Below, one piece after another: positions 55,408 to 63,820 of a DNA stretch of 64,000 bases; position 1 is the stretch's first letter, and every line of letters begins with the position of its first letter. Position numbers and translations under genes: made by a program. The stretch lies in contig JAXGQH010000004.1 of the NCBI GenBank assembly GCA_040766545.1, positions 2,157 to 66,156 of the forward strand, given 5' to 3'. The DNA comes from Christensenellaceae bacterium (GTDB lineage: Bacteria > Bacillota > Clostridia > Christensenellales > Christensenellaceae). The notes under the pieces are model-generated. The model was not told where the DNA came from. It made no database searches and saw only the letters and a program-made list of their open reading frames with translations.

Positions 55408-55971
55408 ATGGAAAATTTTAGAACCAGAATGGCAGTCGAAGCCTTAAAAGACATCATGCAGAGGTTCGACTATGAAAAGCTTCAGGAGGTTGCCGATATC
55501 ATAGACGGAGCCAACAACGTGTTTGTGGCCGGAAGGGGCAGATCCCGTCAGACGGCCATGAACTTCGGCTCCCGCCTTTCCCAGATGGGCAAAAACGTCT
55601 ATGTGGTGGGTGCCACCACCGCGCCTTCCATCAAGGAAGGGGACGTACTGGTGCTTTCCTCCGGCTCGGGCAGCACGCCCACGCTCATTGATTTTGCCAA
55701 AACGGCGGCGGAAGTGGGGGCAAAGTGCGTGCTTTTAACCTTCTCGAAGGATGCGGCTGTGAGCAAAATCAACACCGCAAGCTTTTTGGTGTCCGACGTG
55801 GCGAGAGAGGGCGGGGAACGCTCGGGCGCGGATGCGGACATATACACCAAAATATACGCATATTATGACTATCCCACCAACCTGGGTTTTGAGACCATCC
55901 TCACCTATATCATGATGAAGAACGGACTCACAAGAGAACAGGTGGAGGCGGAAAAAGCCAACATTTTCTAA
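55408..55971 (+). CDS. SIS-domain HxlB/PHI-like protein, copy 5
   Basis: VFVAGRGRS...FGSRLSQMG...VVGATTAPSIKEGD...SSGSGST...KANIF; SD aaggag. Confidence 0.87.
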   Translation: MENFRTRMAVEALKDIMQRFDYEKLQEVADIIDGANNVFVAGRGRSRQTAMNFGSRLSQMGKNVYVVGATTAPSIKEGDVLVLSSGSGSTPTLIDFAKTAAEVGAKCVLLTFSKDAAVSKINTASFLVSDVAREGGERSGADADIYTKIYAYYDYPTNLGFETILTYIMMKNGLTREQVEAEKANIF

Positions 55972-55973
55972 GC

Positions 55974-56006
55974 AAAAAAAGCGCGGGTCCGCCCGCGCTT
56001 TTTTTA
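55974..56006 (+). terminator. Rho-independent terminator closing the SIS operon
   Basis: aaaaaaagcgcggg-tccg-cccgcgcttttttt. Confidence 0.88.
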
Positions 56007-56077
56007 TTTGTAATTTTTCTTCTTTATACGCCATATATTTTCTAAGAGTTCAGATTCCGTTTACAGGAGGGGCATGT

Positions 56078-57556
56078 ATGCAGGCATATGACGTATATAA
56101 AGATATTTCGGAGCGGACGGGAGGGGATATCTACATTGGTGTGGTGGGCCCCGTACGGACGGGTAAGTCCACATTCATCACAAAGATGATGGACGCCCTG
56201 GTCATCCCCCGTATTCAGGACGAAAACGAACGGGCAAGGGTGGTGGATGAGCTTCCCCAAAGCGGTTCCGGCCGGACCATTATGACCACCCAGCCCAAGT
56301 TTGTGCCGGGAGAGGCCATCAACATCAAAATAGACGACAACGCGGAGCTTTCCGTCCGTATGGTGGACTGCGTGGGGTATATGATCCCGGGGGTATTGGG
56401 GCAGCATGAGGACGGCTCTCCCCGTATGGTCACGACCCCCTGGTTTGAGCACGACATCCCCTTTGAGCAGGCGGCGGAGATCGGCACCAAAAAAGTGATC
56501 GATGAGCACGCCAGCATCGGTATCGTGATGACGACGGACGGCACCATTACGGAAATCCCCCGGGAAAACTATGTGAAAGCGGAGGAGCGGGTGGTGTCCG
56601 AACTAAAGGCGCTGGGCAAGCCCTTTGTGATCGTGCTAAACTCGGCCCGGCCCTCTTCCCTGGAGACGCAGGCCCTTCGGGATAAGCTGGCGGACAAATA
56701 CGGCGTGACCGTCGCCCTTATGAACGTGCTTTCCCTGGAGAAGGACGACATCACCTCGCTCCTGTCCGACGTGCTCTACGAGTTCCCCGTGAAGCAGGTG
56801 AACTATCAGGTTTCGGCCTGGCTCTGCTCCCTTGGAAAAGAGCATTGGCTCTTAAGCGACATCATGAATAAAATCTCCGAGGCCAGCGGGGAAGTGAAGC
56901 ACATGAAGGACTTCGCCAACCTGACCCTGCCCTTTGAAGAGGCGGAGTACATTGAAAACATCGGCATCAAGGACATTCTGCTGGGCCAGGGCAAAATCAA
57001 CGTGGCGCTCGACGTGGATCATTCCCTCTTCTATCAGGTGCTGGGAGAGGAATGCGGTCAGGAGATCACGGATGAGAAATGCCTCATGTCCCTCGTGAAG
57101 GAACTAGTGTTCGCCAAATCCCAGTACGACAGGCTGAAAGCCGCCCTTTCAGAGGTGGACAATGCGGGGTACGGCGTGGTGCAGCCCAATATAGAAGACG
57201 TGATGCTGGAGGCCCCCGAGATGGTGCAGCAGGGCAACCGATACGGCGTCCGCCTGAAAGCCACCGCCCCCAGCATGCACCTCATCAAAGTGGATGTGCA
57301 GACGGAGGTAAACCCCACGGTGGGAACCGAGCAGCAGACCCGGGACTTCATCGAGCACCTGCAAAACGAATACGAGGCGGACCCCAATCTGATCTGGCAG
57401 ACGGACATATTCGGGAAATCCCTGTACGACATGGTGCGGGAGGGGCTTATGCAGAAGATGACGGGCATACCCGACGAAGCCCGGGAAAAGCTGCAGGAGG
57501 CCATGACCCGCATGGTGAACGAAGGAAGCGGCGGCATGCTTTGTATATTGCTCTAA
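56078..57556 (+). CDS. spoIVA: Stage IV sporulation protein A (spore coat ATPase)
   Basis: DISERTGGDIYIGVVGPVRTGKSTFI, DELPQSG.GRTIMTT, NEGSGG.LCILL. Confidence 0.98.
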   Translation: MQAYDVYKDISERTGGDIYIGVVGPVRTGKSTFITKMMDALVIPRIQDENERARVVDELPQSGSGRTIMTTQPKFVPGEAINIKIDDNAELSVRMVDCVGYMIPGVLGQHEDGSPRMVTTPWFEHDIPFEQAAEIGTKKVIDEHASIGIVMTTDGTITEIPRENYVKAEERVVSELKALGKPFVIVLNSARPSSLETQALRDKLADKYGVTVALMNVLSLEKDDITSLLSDVLYEFPVKQVNYQVSAWLCSLGKEHWLLSDIMNKISEASGEVKHMKDFANLTLPFEEAEYIENIGIKDILLGQGKINVALDVDHSLFYQVLGEECGQEITDEKCLMSLVKELVFAKSQYDRLKAALSEVDNAGYGVVQPNIEDVMLEAPEMVQQGNRYGVRLKATAPSMHLIKVDVQTEVNPTVGTEQQTRDFIEHLQNEYEADPNLIWQTDIFGKSLYDMVREGLMQKMTGIPDEAREKLQEAMTRMVNEGSGGMLCILL

Positions 57557-57564
57557 AATATGAT

Positions 57565-57597
57565 AAAATAAAAGGGCCTCAGGGCTCTTTTATTTTG
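57565..57597 (+). terminator. Terminator after spoIVA
   Basis: aaaataaaagggcc-tcag-ggctcttttatttt. Confidence 0.75.
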
Positions 57598-57609
57598 CAG
57601 ATTTTCCCG

Positions 57610-57638
57610 TTGACAGGGTAAGGGGGTCATGCTATAAT
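57610..57638 (+). promoter_or_regulatory. SigA promoter of rplU-rpmA
   Basis: Consensus TTGACA-17 nt-TATAAT with TG extension. Confidence 0.85.
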
Positions 57639-57643
57639 TGACC

Positions 57644-57712
57644 CTAGCCGCTCGAAAAGGGCTTATTAAATTCTGCGCGCAGGCGCGGATGCCCCATCGG
57701 CGAGACTGATAT
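57644..57712 (+). ncRNA. Ribosomal protein L21 leader (cis-regulatory RNA)
   Basis: Structured leader between the promoter and rplU ending in GGCGAGAC, similar to the Firmicute L21_leader from memory. Confidence 0.55.
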
Positions 57713-57732
57713 GAGGAGGAAAATCCGATATA

Positions 57733-58038
57733 ATGTACGCGATCATCAAGACCGGCGGAAAGCAATATAAAGTAGAGCCCGGCAGATTCGTAGACGTGGA
57801 AAAGCTGGATGCGGAAGTGGGCGGAGAAGTGAACTTCGATGCGCTCATGGTGGTAGACGGCGAAACCTGCCGGATCGGCTCGCCTGTTGTAGACGGCGTG
57901 AAGGTTGTGGGCAAAGTGCTTGCCCATGACAAAGAGAAGAAGATCATCATCGCCAAATACAAGAACAAGACTCGTTACAGAAGGAAGCAAGGCCACAGGC
58001 AGCCCTATACAAGAGTGGAAATCGTCTCCATCGGCTAA
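57733..58038 (+). CDS. rplU: 50S ribosomal protein L21
   Basis: MYAIIKTGGKQYKV, GHRQPYT. Confidence 0.99.
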   Translation: MYAIIKTGGKQYKVEPGRFVDVEKLDAEVGGEVNFDALMVVDGETCRIGSPVVDGVKVVGKVLAHDKEKKIIIAKYKNKTRYRRKQGHRQPYTRVEIVSIG

Positions 58039-58073
58039 AGAGAAGTTTGTTTGTAAAGTGAGGTGTATAGAAC

Positions 58074-58340
58074 TTGGCTCATAAGAAAGGTGTAGGTAGC
58101 ACAAGAAACGGACGGGACAGCGAATCCAAGCGTCTTGGCGCAAAGAGGGCGGACGGTCAGTTTGTGCTTGCCGGCAATATACTGGTCAGGCAGAGGGGCA
58201 CTAAAATCCACCCGGGCGACGGCGTGGGCAAAGGCAGCGACGATACGCTGTTTGCCACGCAGGACGGCATCGTGCGGTTTGAGCGCCTCGGCAGAGACAA
58301 GAAGAAAGTGAGCGTATACGACGCTCAGGCGCAGGACTAA
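58074..58340 (+). CDS. rpmA: 50S ribosomal protein L27 (no N-terminal extension)
   Basis: TTG start after SD gaggtg; [22 protein letters not shown]; in-frame TAG at 58068-58070. Confidence 0.98.
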   Translation: MAHKKGVGSTRNGRDSESKRLGAKRADGQFVLAGNILVRQRGTKIHPGDGVGKGSDDTLFATQDGIVRFERLGRDKKKVSVYDAQAQD

Positions 58341-58351
58341 GGTTATCTTGA

Positions 58352-58388
58352 TACCATTCCCGCAGGGCGCGGGAATGGTATTTTTTTT
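58352..58388 (+). terminator. Terminator after rpmA
   Basis: taccattcccgc-agggc-gcgggaatggta followed by T8. Confidence 0.85.
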
Positions 58389-58397
58389 GAGGAAAAT

Positions 58398-59263
58398 ATG
58401 CAGGCGGTCTTTTCGGGAGATAAAGCGAGCGTCACAGGCGAGCGCATTAAAAGCAAACTGGTCTTCGAATGCGGCCAGGCTTTCCGTTTCAACCCCTGTA
58501 ACGGGGGTTATTTTGGCGTGGCCAAAGGGAGAGGGCTCTTTGTGTCGGACAACCCGGCGGGCGGGATCGACCTTTACCCGGTGACAAAGGAAGAATATGA
58601 GATGCTGTGGTACGACTATTTTGACCTGTTCCTGCCTTACGGCCGGGTTTACCCGCCTTTGCGGAAGAGGACGAAATTTTAAAAGAGGCGGCGCGGGAAT
58701 TCTCCGGCCTGCGGCTGCTGAACCAGGAGCCTTTTGAAACGCTGGTGAGCTTCATCATATCCGCCAACAATAACGAGAAGCGGATCAAAAGCATCGTGGA
58801 GAACCTGTGCGCCGCGGCGGGGGAGAAGAGGGAGTGCCTGGGCCGGACGTTTTACACGTTTCCCACACCCGAGGCGCTTTTCAGGCTGGGCCCGGAGGAG
58901 CTGTTCCGCCTGGGTGCGGGCTATCGGGCGCCCTACCTTTATGAGACGGCGAAAGCGGTGTGCGAAGGCTTTTCCCTTTCCGACCTTTCCCGGATGAGCT
59001 ACGACGAGGCCAAAAAAGAGCTTCTGAAACTAAAGGGCGTGGGTCCCAAGGTGGCCGACTGCATCCTGCTGTTTGCGTTCAACAAAAAAGAGGCCTTTCC
59101 CGTGGACACCTGGATCAAAAAGGTGCTGAAGGAGGTTTATGCCTTTGCGCCCAAAAAGGAAGATGAGCTCCATGCGTTTTTAAAAGAGCGGTTCGGCGGT
59201 TACGGGGGCATCGCCCAGCAGTATCTGTTTCACTATGCCCGCACCCACATGCGGGGTTTGTAG
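58398..59263 (+). CDS. 8-oxoguanine DNA glycosylase (Ogg1-type HhH-GPD), frameshifted
   Basis: FECGQAFRF, LRLLNQEPFETLVSFIISANN, GYRAPY, KGVGPKVADC, FPVDTW, GIAQQYLF. Confidence 0.9.
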
Positions 59264-59277
59264 AAAACTGTCGGTTG

Positions 59278-59306
59278 TTGCAATCTTTTGTCCCATAAGG
59301 TATAAT
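59278..59306 (+). promoter_or_regulatory. SigA-type promoter of the PHP-degV pair
   Basis: TTGCAA-17 nt-TATAAT. Confidence 0.65.
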
Positions 59307-59335
59307 CTTTATATATATGCAGCTTTGGAGGGCCC

Positions 59336-60085
59336 ATGAGATTACTCGTCGATACGCACACCCATACGGTTTTCAGCGGACACGCTTTTTCTTCGGTCTA
59401 TGAAAACCTTTCGGTAGCCAAAAAACGGGGACTTCAGGGCTTTGTGGTGGCGGAGCACTGCCGGGACATGGAGGGCATCATATACCCCCGCTGCCTCACC
59501 TATCAAAAGCAGCTTCCAAAAGAATTTGACGGTGTTCGGATATTTCGGGGCATCGAAGCGAATATCATTAACTATCGTGGGACAATCGATCTGGAAGAGA
59601 GGTTTCGGAGTATACCCGAATTCGTCATCGCTTCCCTCCACGACGTGGTGATGAAACCTGGCTCGAAGAGGGAGAACACGGAGGCCGTGCTGGGCGCGCT
59701 GAACGACCCGTACGTGGACATCATCGGCCACCCGGGCAATCCCCGTTTTGAAATCGACCAGCCGGCCGTGGTACAAGAGGCGAAGAAGCTCGGGAAAATG
59801 CTGGAAGTGAACGCCCACTCTTTTTCCGCCCGGCCGGGCAGCGGGCCCAACTGCAAAAAGATCGTGGAGCTCTGCAAGGAGCATGAAGTCGGCATCTGCG
59901 TCTCCACCGACGCCCACATATGCTTTAGCGTGGGGGAATTTTCCGAGGCGGTCAGCCTCCTTGAGGAATGTGCCTTCCCCGAAGAGCTGGTGGCCAGCCG
60001 AACCCTTGAAGCCTTTTGCGGCTATCTGAAACAAAGAGAAGCCCGCATTCAAAAAATAAATCTGAAAGAAGGAGGAAGGAAATGA
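59336..60085 (+). CDS. PHP-domain phosphatase (YcdX-like)
   Basis: DTHTHT..SGHAFS, GIEANI, IASLH, HPGNP, STDAH. Confidence 0.9.
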   Translation: MRLLVDTHTHTVFSGHAFSSVYENLSVAKKRGLQGFVVAEHCRDMEGIIYPRCLTYQKQLPKEFDGVRIFRGIEANIINYRGTIDLEERFRSIPEFVIASLHDVVMKPGSKRENTEAVLGALNDPYVDIIGHPGNPRFEIDQPAVVQEAKKLGKMLEVNAHSFSARPGSGPNCKKIVELCKEHEVGICVSTDAHICFSVGEFSEAVSLLEECAFPEELVASRTLEAFCGYLKQREARIQKINLKEGGRK

Positions 60086-60963
60086 GAGATTTTGTGATCA
60101 TGACGGACTCTGATACCGAGATACCCTATACTTTTGCGGATGCGCACAATATCCCGGTATTCCTGATGCCGTACACGCTCGACGGTGAGGAAAAGCTCTT
60201 CGACCTGGGCAGAAACACGGATTATAAGCATTTTTATACCCGGCTCAGGGAAGGAGCGGAGGCTTCCACGGCCACGCGCCCGCCCCAGGACATACAGGAC
60301 TTTTTCGAAGCAATTATAAAAGAAAATAAGGATATATTATATATTTGCTTTTCCAACAAGCTGAGTTCTCATTTTGAGCTGGCTCACAGCGCCCGCATTG
60401 CCACGCTGGAGAACTATCCGGACGCCCGGATCGACATCGTGGACAGTCTGGGCATCGCCATGGGCGCGGGGATTTTAGTGTACCACGCCGTCAAGCTGAA
60501 AGAGGAAGGAAAGTCTTTTGACGAGATCAAGGAGTGGGTGGAGGCGAACAGGCTTCGGAGCCTTCATTTCTTCTCGGTCGACAGCCTCATGCACTTAAAG
60601 AGAACGGGGCGGCTTTCCACCGTCACGGCCACGCTCGGCACCATGCTCGACTTGAAGCCCATCCTGACCCTCACAAAGGACGGCAGGGTGGTGGCGTTCG
60701 ACAAGATCAAGGGCAGGAAGAAAGTGGTGAAATACCTGGCTGATCTGGCGGTCAAGAACTATGTGGACGACGACATTTGCAAGGAGCTGCTGGTGGTCTG
60801 CCACGGAGATAACATGGAGCAGGCGGAAGCGCTGAAAGAAGAGATCGGCTCCCGGCTGGAGTTTAAAAACATCTGGCTGGTGGATGTTGGCCCCGTCATC
60901 GGCGGTCACGCGGGCCCGGGCGTGGTGGCTTTTCTCATGATGGGCAAAGAGAGAGAAGAGTAA
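60082..60963 (+). CDS. DegV family fatty-acid-binding protein
   Basis: IMTDS, FSNKLS, IVDS, HLKRTGRLS, LKPIL, GPVIGGHAGPG. Confidence 0.93.
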   Translation: MRDFVIMTDSDTEIPYTFADAHNIPVFLMPYTLDGEEKLFDLGRNTDYKHFYTRLREGAEASTATRPPQDIQDFFEAIIKENKDILYICFSNKLSSHFELAHSARIATLENYPDARIDIVDSLGIAMGAGILVYHAVKLKEEGKSFDEIKEWVEANRLRSLHFFSVDSLMHLKRTGRLSTVTATLGTMLDLKPILTLTKDGRVVAFDKIKGRKKVVKYLADLAVKNYVDDDICKELLVVCHGDNMEQAEALKEEIGSRLEFKNIWLVDVGPVIGGHAGPGVVAFLMMGKEREE

Positions 60964-60974
60964 GGTTTAGAAAG

Positions 60975-61008
60975 AAAAAGCGCGGAAAATGCTCCGCGCT
61001 TTTGTTTT
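60975..61008 (+). terminator. Terminator after degV
   Basis: aaaagcgcgga-aaatgc-tccgcgctttt. Confidence 0.8.
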
Positions 61009-61086
61009 GCCTTCGATTTTCAGGCGGAATGTGTTATACTGAAATGGACAACTCTTTGCCGTTTATCGGCAGTGACAGGAGCGAGC

Positions 61087-62567
61087 ATGGCATATAAGGC
61101 GCTATACCGGGAATTCCGCCCCCGGCAGTTTTCCGACCTCAAGGGGCAGGAAGTGATCTCGGCGGTATTAAGGAACCAGGTGCGGCAGGACAGCCCCGCC
61201 CACGCCTATATTTTTTCCGGCCCCCGGGGCACGGGAAAAACCAGCGCGGCCAAAATACTGGCCGCCGCCCTCAACTGTTTAAACCGGCAGGAAGGGGAGC
61301 CCTGCCTTGCCTGCGAAAACTGCAAGGCCGCCCTTCAGGGCACCATGATCGACATCGTGGAGCTGGACGCGGCCTCCAACAACGGCGTGGACAGCGTGCG
61401 GGACATTGTGGACAGGGCCGAGTTGCTGCCCGTGGGGGGGCGGTATAAAGTGTATATCATAGACGAGGTGCACATGCTCACCTCCGCGGCCTTCAACGCC
61501 CTTTTAAAGACGCTGGAAGAGCCCCCCGCCCACGTGGTGTTCATACTGGCCACCACCAACATCGAGGCGCTCCCAAAGACGGTGCTTTCCCGCTGCCAGC
61601 GCTTTGACTTTAAATTCTTGGACGAAAAAAACGTGGTGCTGCGCATGGAGGAGATTTTAAAGGCCGTGAACGTGCCCGCCGAAAAAGAAGCGCTCCGGCT
61701 CATCGCCAAAGCCTCCGAAGGGGCCATGCGGGACGCTCTCACCATCTTGGAAAAATGCATTGCCCTCAGGGAGAACGTGACGGAGGAGCTGGCTCTGGAA
61801 GTGCTGGGCTATGCGGATAAAACCGCCGTCGTCTCCCTTATGGACGCCCTTTCCCGATACGATTCCAAGGAAGCCTTTCAAATCCTTCTCTCCATACTGG
61901 AATCGGGGGTGGAGCCGGGCATCGTCTGTTCCCAGCTCATCCAGATGGGGGAGGACATGCTGGTGCTGGCGGTGAAAAAGGATTTTGAAGGAGCCGGCGG
62001 CGCCATGGCCGAACGCTTTTCCCCCGCCGGACTGGTGCGGCTCATCCGATTCCCTCGTGGGCTCGGAATATCTCATTAAAAAGGCATCCCGTCCCGCGGC
62101 GGTGCTGGAAGCGGCCGGCTCTCCGCTCGCTCTGCGAAGCGGACAAGGGGCAGACCCTTTTGGAGCACGAAGCCCGGCTGCGCAAGCTGGAAACGGTTTC
62201 AGAGAGCCCGCCGCACCCAAGGGAAAGCCCAAGGCGAAGAAAGCGCCCGCACGGCGAACGAGCCGCTTCCGCCCCGCCCGGGAAAGCGCCGAGGCCTGGG
62301 CGACACAGCTTTTAAAGGAATATGAAAAGGACATCAGCTTGAAGCCCATGCTACAACGAAAGGACGACGCTTTTGGGCAGGCGGAACGGGGCGATCCGGT
62401 TAAAGCCCGCCTCTCCCATGATCCGCATGATGTTTGAAAAAAACGCAAGTTCCCGCGCAAGAAGCGGAAAAAAGCTGGAAGAAGTTTTTCGGCGAGGATG
62501 CTCCTGCAGCTGGAAGAGAAAGGAAGAAAAGTTGAACGGACAGGACATAATTGATATAATAGATTGA
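61087..62567 (+). CDS. dnaX: DNA polymerase III subunit gamma/tau (C-terminal part frameshifted; end approximate)
   Basis: MAYKALYREFRP, GPRGTGKTS, ELDAASN, IIDEVHML, LKTLEEPP, SRCQ. Confidence 0.94.
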
Positions 62568-62590
62568 CAAAACCACAAGGAGAAAAAAAT

Positions 62591-62940
62591 ATGGCAAAAC
62601 AGCGGGGCGGGTTTCCCGGCGGCGGTATGAATATGCAGGGCATGATGGCCCAGGCAAGAGGATGCAGCAGAACATTACCTTCCCGCGTGCAGGAAGAACT
62701 TTGGGAAGCGCGGAGTATGAGGCCACTGCGGGCGGCGGAGCCGTGAAAGCGGTGGTGACGGGGAAAAAGGCGCTGAAAAGCCTTTCCATCTCCCCCGAGG
62801 TGGTGGACCCGGAAGATGTGGAAATGCTGGAAGACCTGGTGATGGCGGCGATCAATCAGGCCATGGAGACGGCGGATAAGCGCTCCGAAGAGGAGATGGC
62901 AAAAGTCACGGGCGGCCTCAATCTGGGAGGGCTTTTTTAA
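62591..62940 (+). CDS. ebfC: YbaB/EbfC nucleoid-associated protein, frameshifted
   Basis: GGMNMQGMMAQA, AGGGAVK, DPEDVEMLEDLVMAA.N.A. Confidence 0.9.
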
Positions 62941-62943
62941 ACC

Positions 62944-63540
62944 ATGTTTGGCATAGAGAGCTTAAACAAGCTCCAGGATTGGTTTGCCACTCTGCCGGGC
63001 ATCGGGCCCAAGAGCGCGGCGCGCCTGGTGTATCACGTGGTGCAGATGAAGCCGGAAGACGTGCGGGGCTTTGCGGAAGATATGTATAAAGCCCGGCTGG
63101 CCGTCCGCAAGTGCAACGTGTGCGGCAATTTGACCGACCGGGAGGTCTGCGGCATCTGCCAGGACGATAAGCGGGACAAGTCGACCATCTGCGTGGTGAA
63201 GGACATCCGGGACGTGATCGCCCTGGAGCGGACCCGGGAGTATAAGGGAGTGTACCATGTGCTCGGCGGGAGCATTTCGCCTCTCGAGGGCGTGGGTCCG
63301 GATGAGCTCAGCATCAAAGAGCTGGTCAGCCGGGTGGAGGCGGGAGGCGTCAGGGAAGTGATCCTGGCCACCAATCCGGACGTGAAGGGGGAGACCACCG
63401 CCATGTATATTTACCGGCTCCTCCAGGACAAGGGCGTCGCCGTCACCCGCATCGCCCACGGCGTGCCCGTGGGGGGCGAGCTGGAATATACCGACGAAGT
63501 AACGCTGCAAAAATCCCTGGAAGGCCGGCGGCCTTTTTAG
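62944..63540 (+). CDS. recR: Recombination mediator RecR
   Basis: LPGIGPKSAAR, C4 Zn finger, YHVLGG.ISP, EVILAT, G.P.GGELEY.D. Confidence 0.98.
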   Translation: MFGIESLNKLQDWFATLPGIGPKSAARLVYHVVQMKPEDVRGFAEDMYKARLAVRKCNVCGNLTDREVCGICQDDKRDKSTICVVKDIRDVIALERTREYKGVYHVLGGSISPLEGVGPDELSIKELVSRVEAGGVREVILATNPDVKGETTAMYIYRLLQDKGVAVTRIAHGVPVGGELEYTDEVTLQKSLEGRRPF

Positions 63541-63581
63541 CGGTTTGCGCGCCATTTTCCAAAATTCACCCTATTTGAAAT

Positions 63582-63620
63582 AATCACCCGAATGAGAAAA
63601 TATACTTAATTCGGGTGATT
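63582..63620. promoter_or_regulatory. 12-bp inverted repeat whose 3' arm contains the yaaL RBS
   Basis: aatcacccgaat (63582-63593) and attcgggtgatt (63609-63620). Confidence 0.6.
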
Positions 63621-63622
63621 TT

Positions 63623-63820
63623 ATGTTTGACGAAAAAGAAATAAAAAGAAGAGCCTGCGAAGCCCTTCAAAAATGGCGGGAGCAGGAGCGGCTTTTGGAG
63701 CTGGCGGAAGACTGTTTTCTCGTGGAAGCGGCCGCCTGCGAACTGGAGGCGGCCAGAAAGGAGTATATCCGCCTGTGGGATATGCTGCGAAAAGAGGGGA
63801 AGACGGATGAGCGCCCCTGA
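63623..63820 (+). CDS. YaaL/DUF2508-like small protein
   Basis: A..KW...E...ELAED..LVEAA.CELEAARKEY..L; lies between recR and bofA. Confidence 0.65.
   Translation: MFDEKEIKRRACEALQKWREQERLLELAEDCFLVEAAACELEAARKEYIRLWDMLRKEGKTDERP

Noticed and set aside
53090-55971. Calling the SIS genes a functional ribulose monophosphate pathway (hxlB) or a mobile island
   Set aside because: There is no hxlA in the window, no copy has the complete PHI motif set, and no integrase, transposase or flanking direct repeats are seen, so no gene symbol was assigned.
56005-56045. SigE promoter for spoIVA
   Set aside because: A -10-like CATATATT is present at 56032-56039, but I could not identify a convincing -35, so it is not listed as a feature.
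60964-61086. Possible SRP RNA or tRNA upstream of dnaX, as in Bacillus
   Set aside because: The gap is only about 120 nt and is explained by a terminator and a promoter-like sequence; no SRP or cloverleaf motif is visible.
62040-62567. Programmed dnaX gamma/tau frameshift
   Set aside because: There are several shifts in an error-dense zone that also breaks ebfC, and I see no clear slippery site with a stimulator, so it cannot be told apart from errors.
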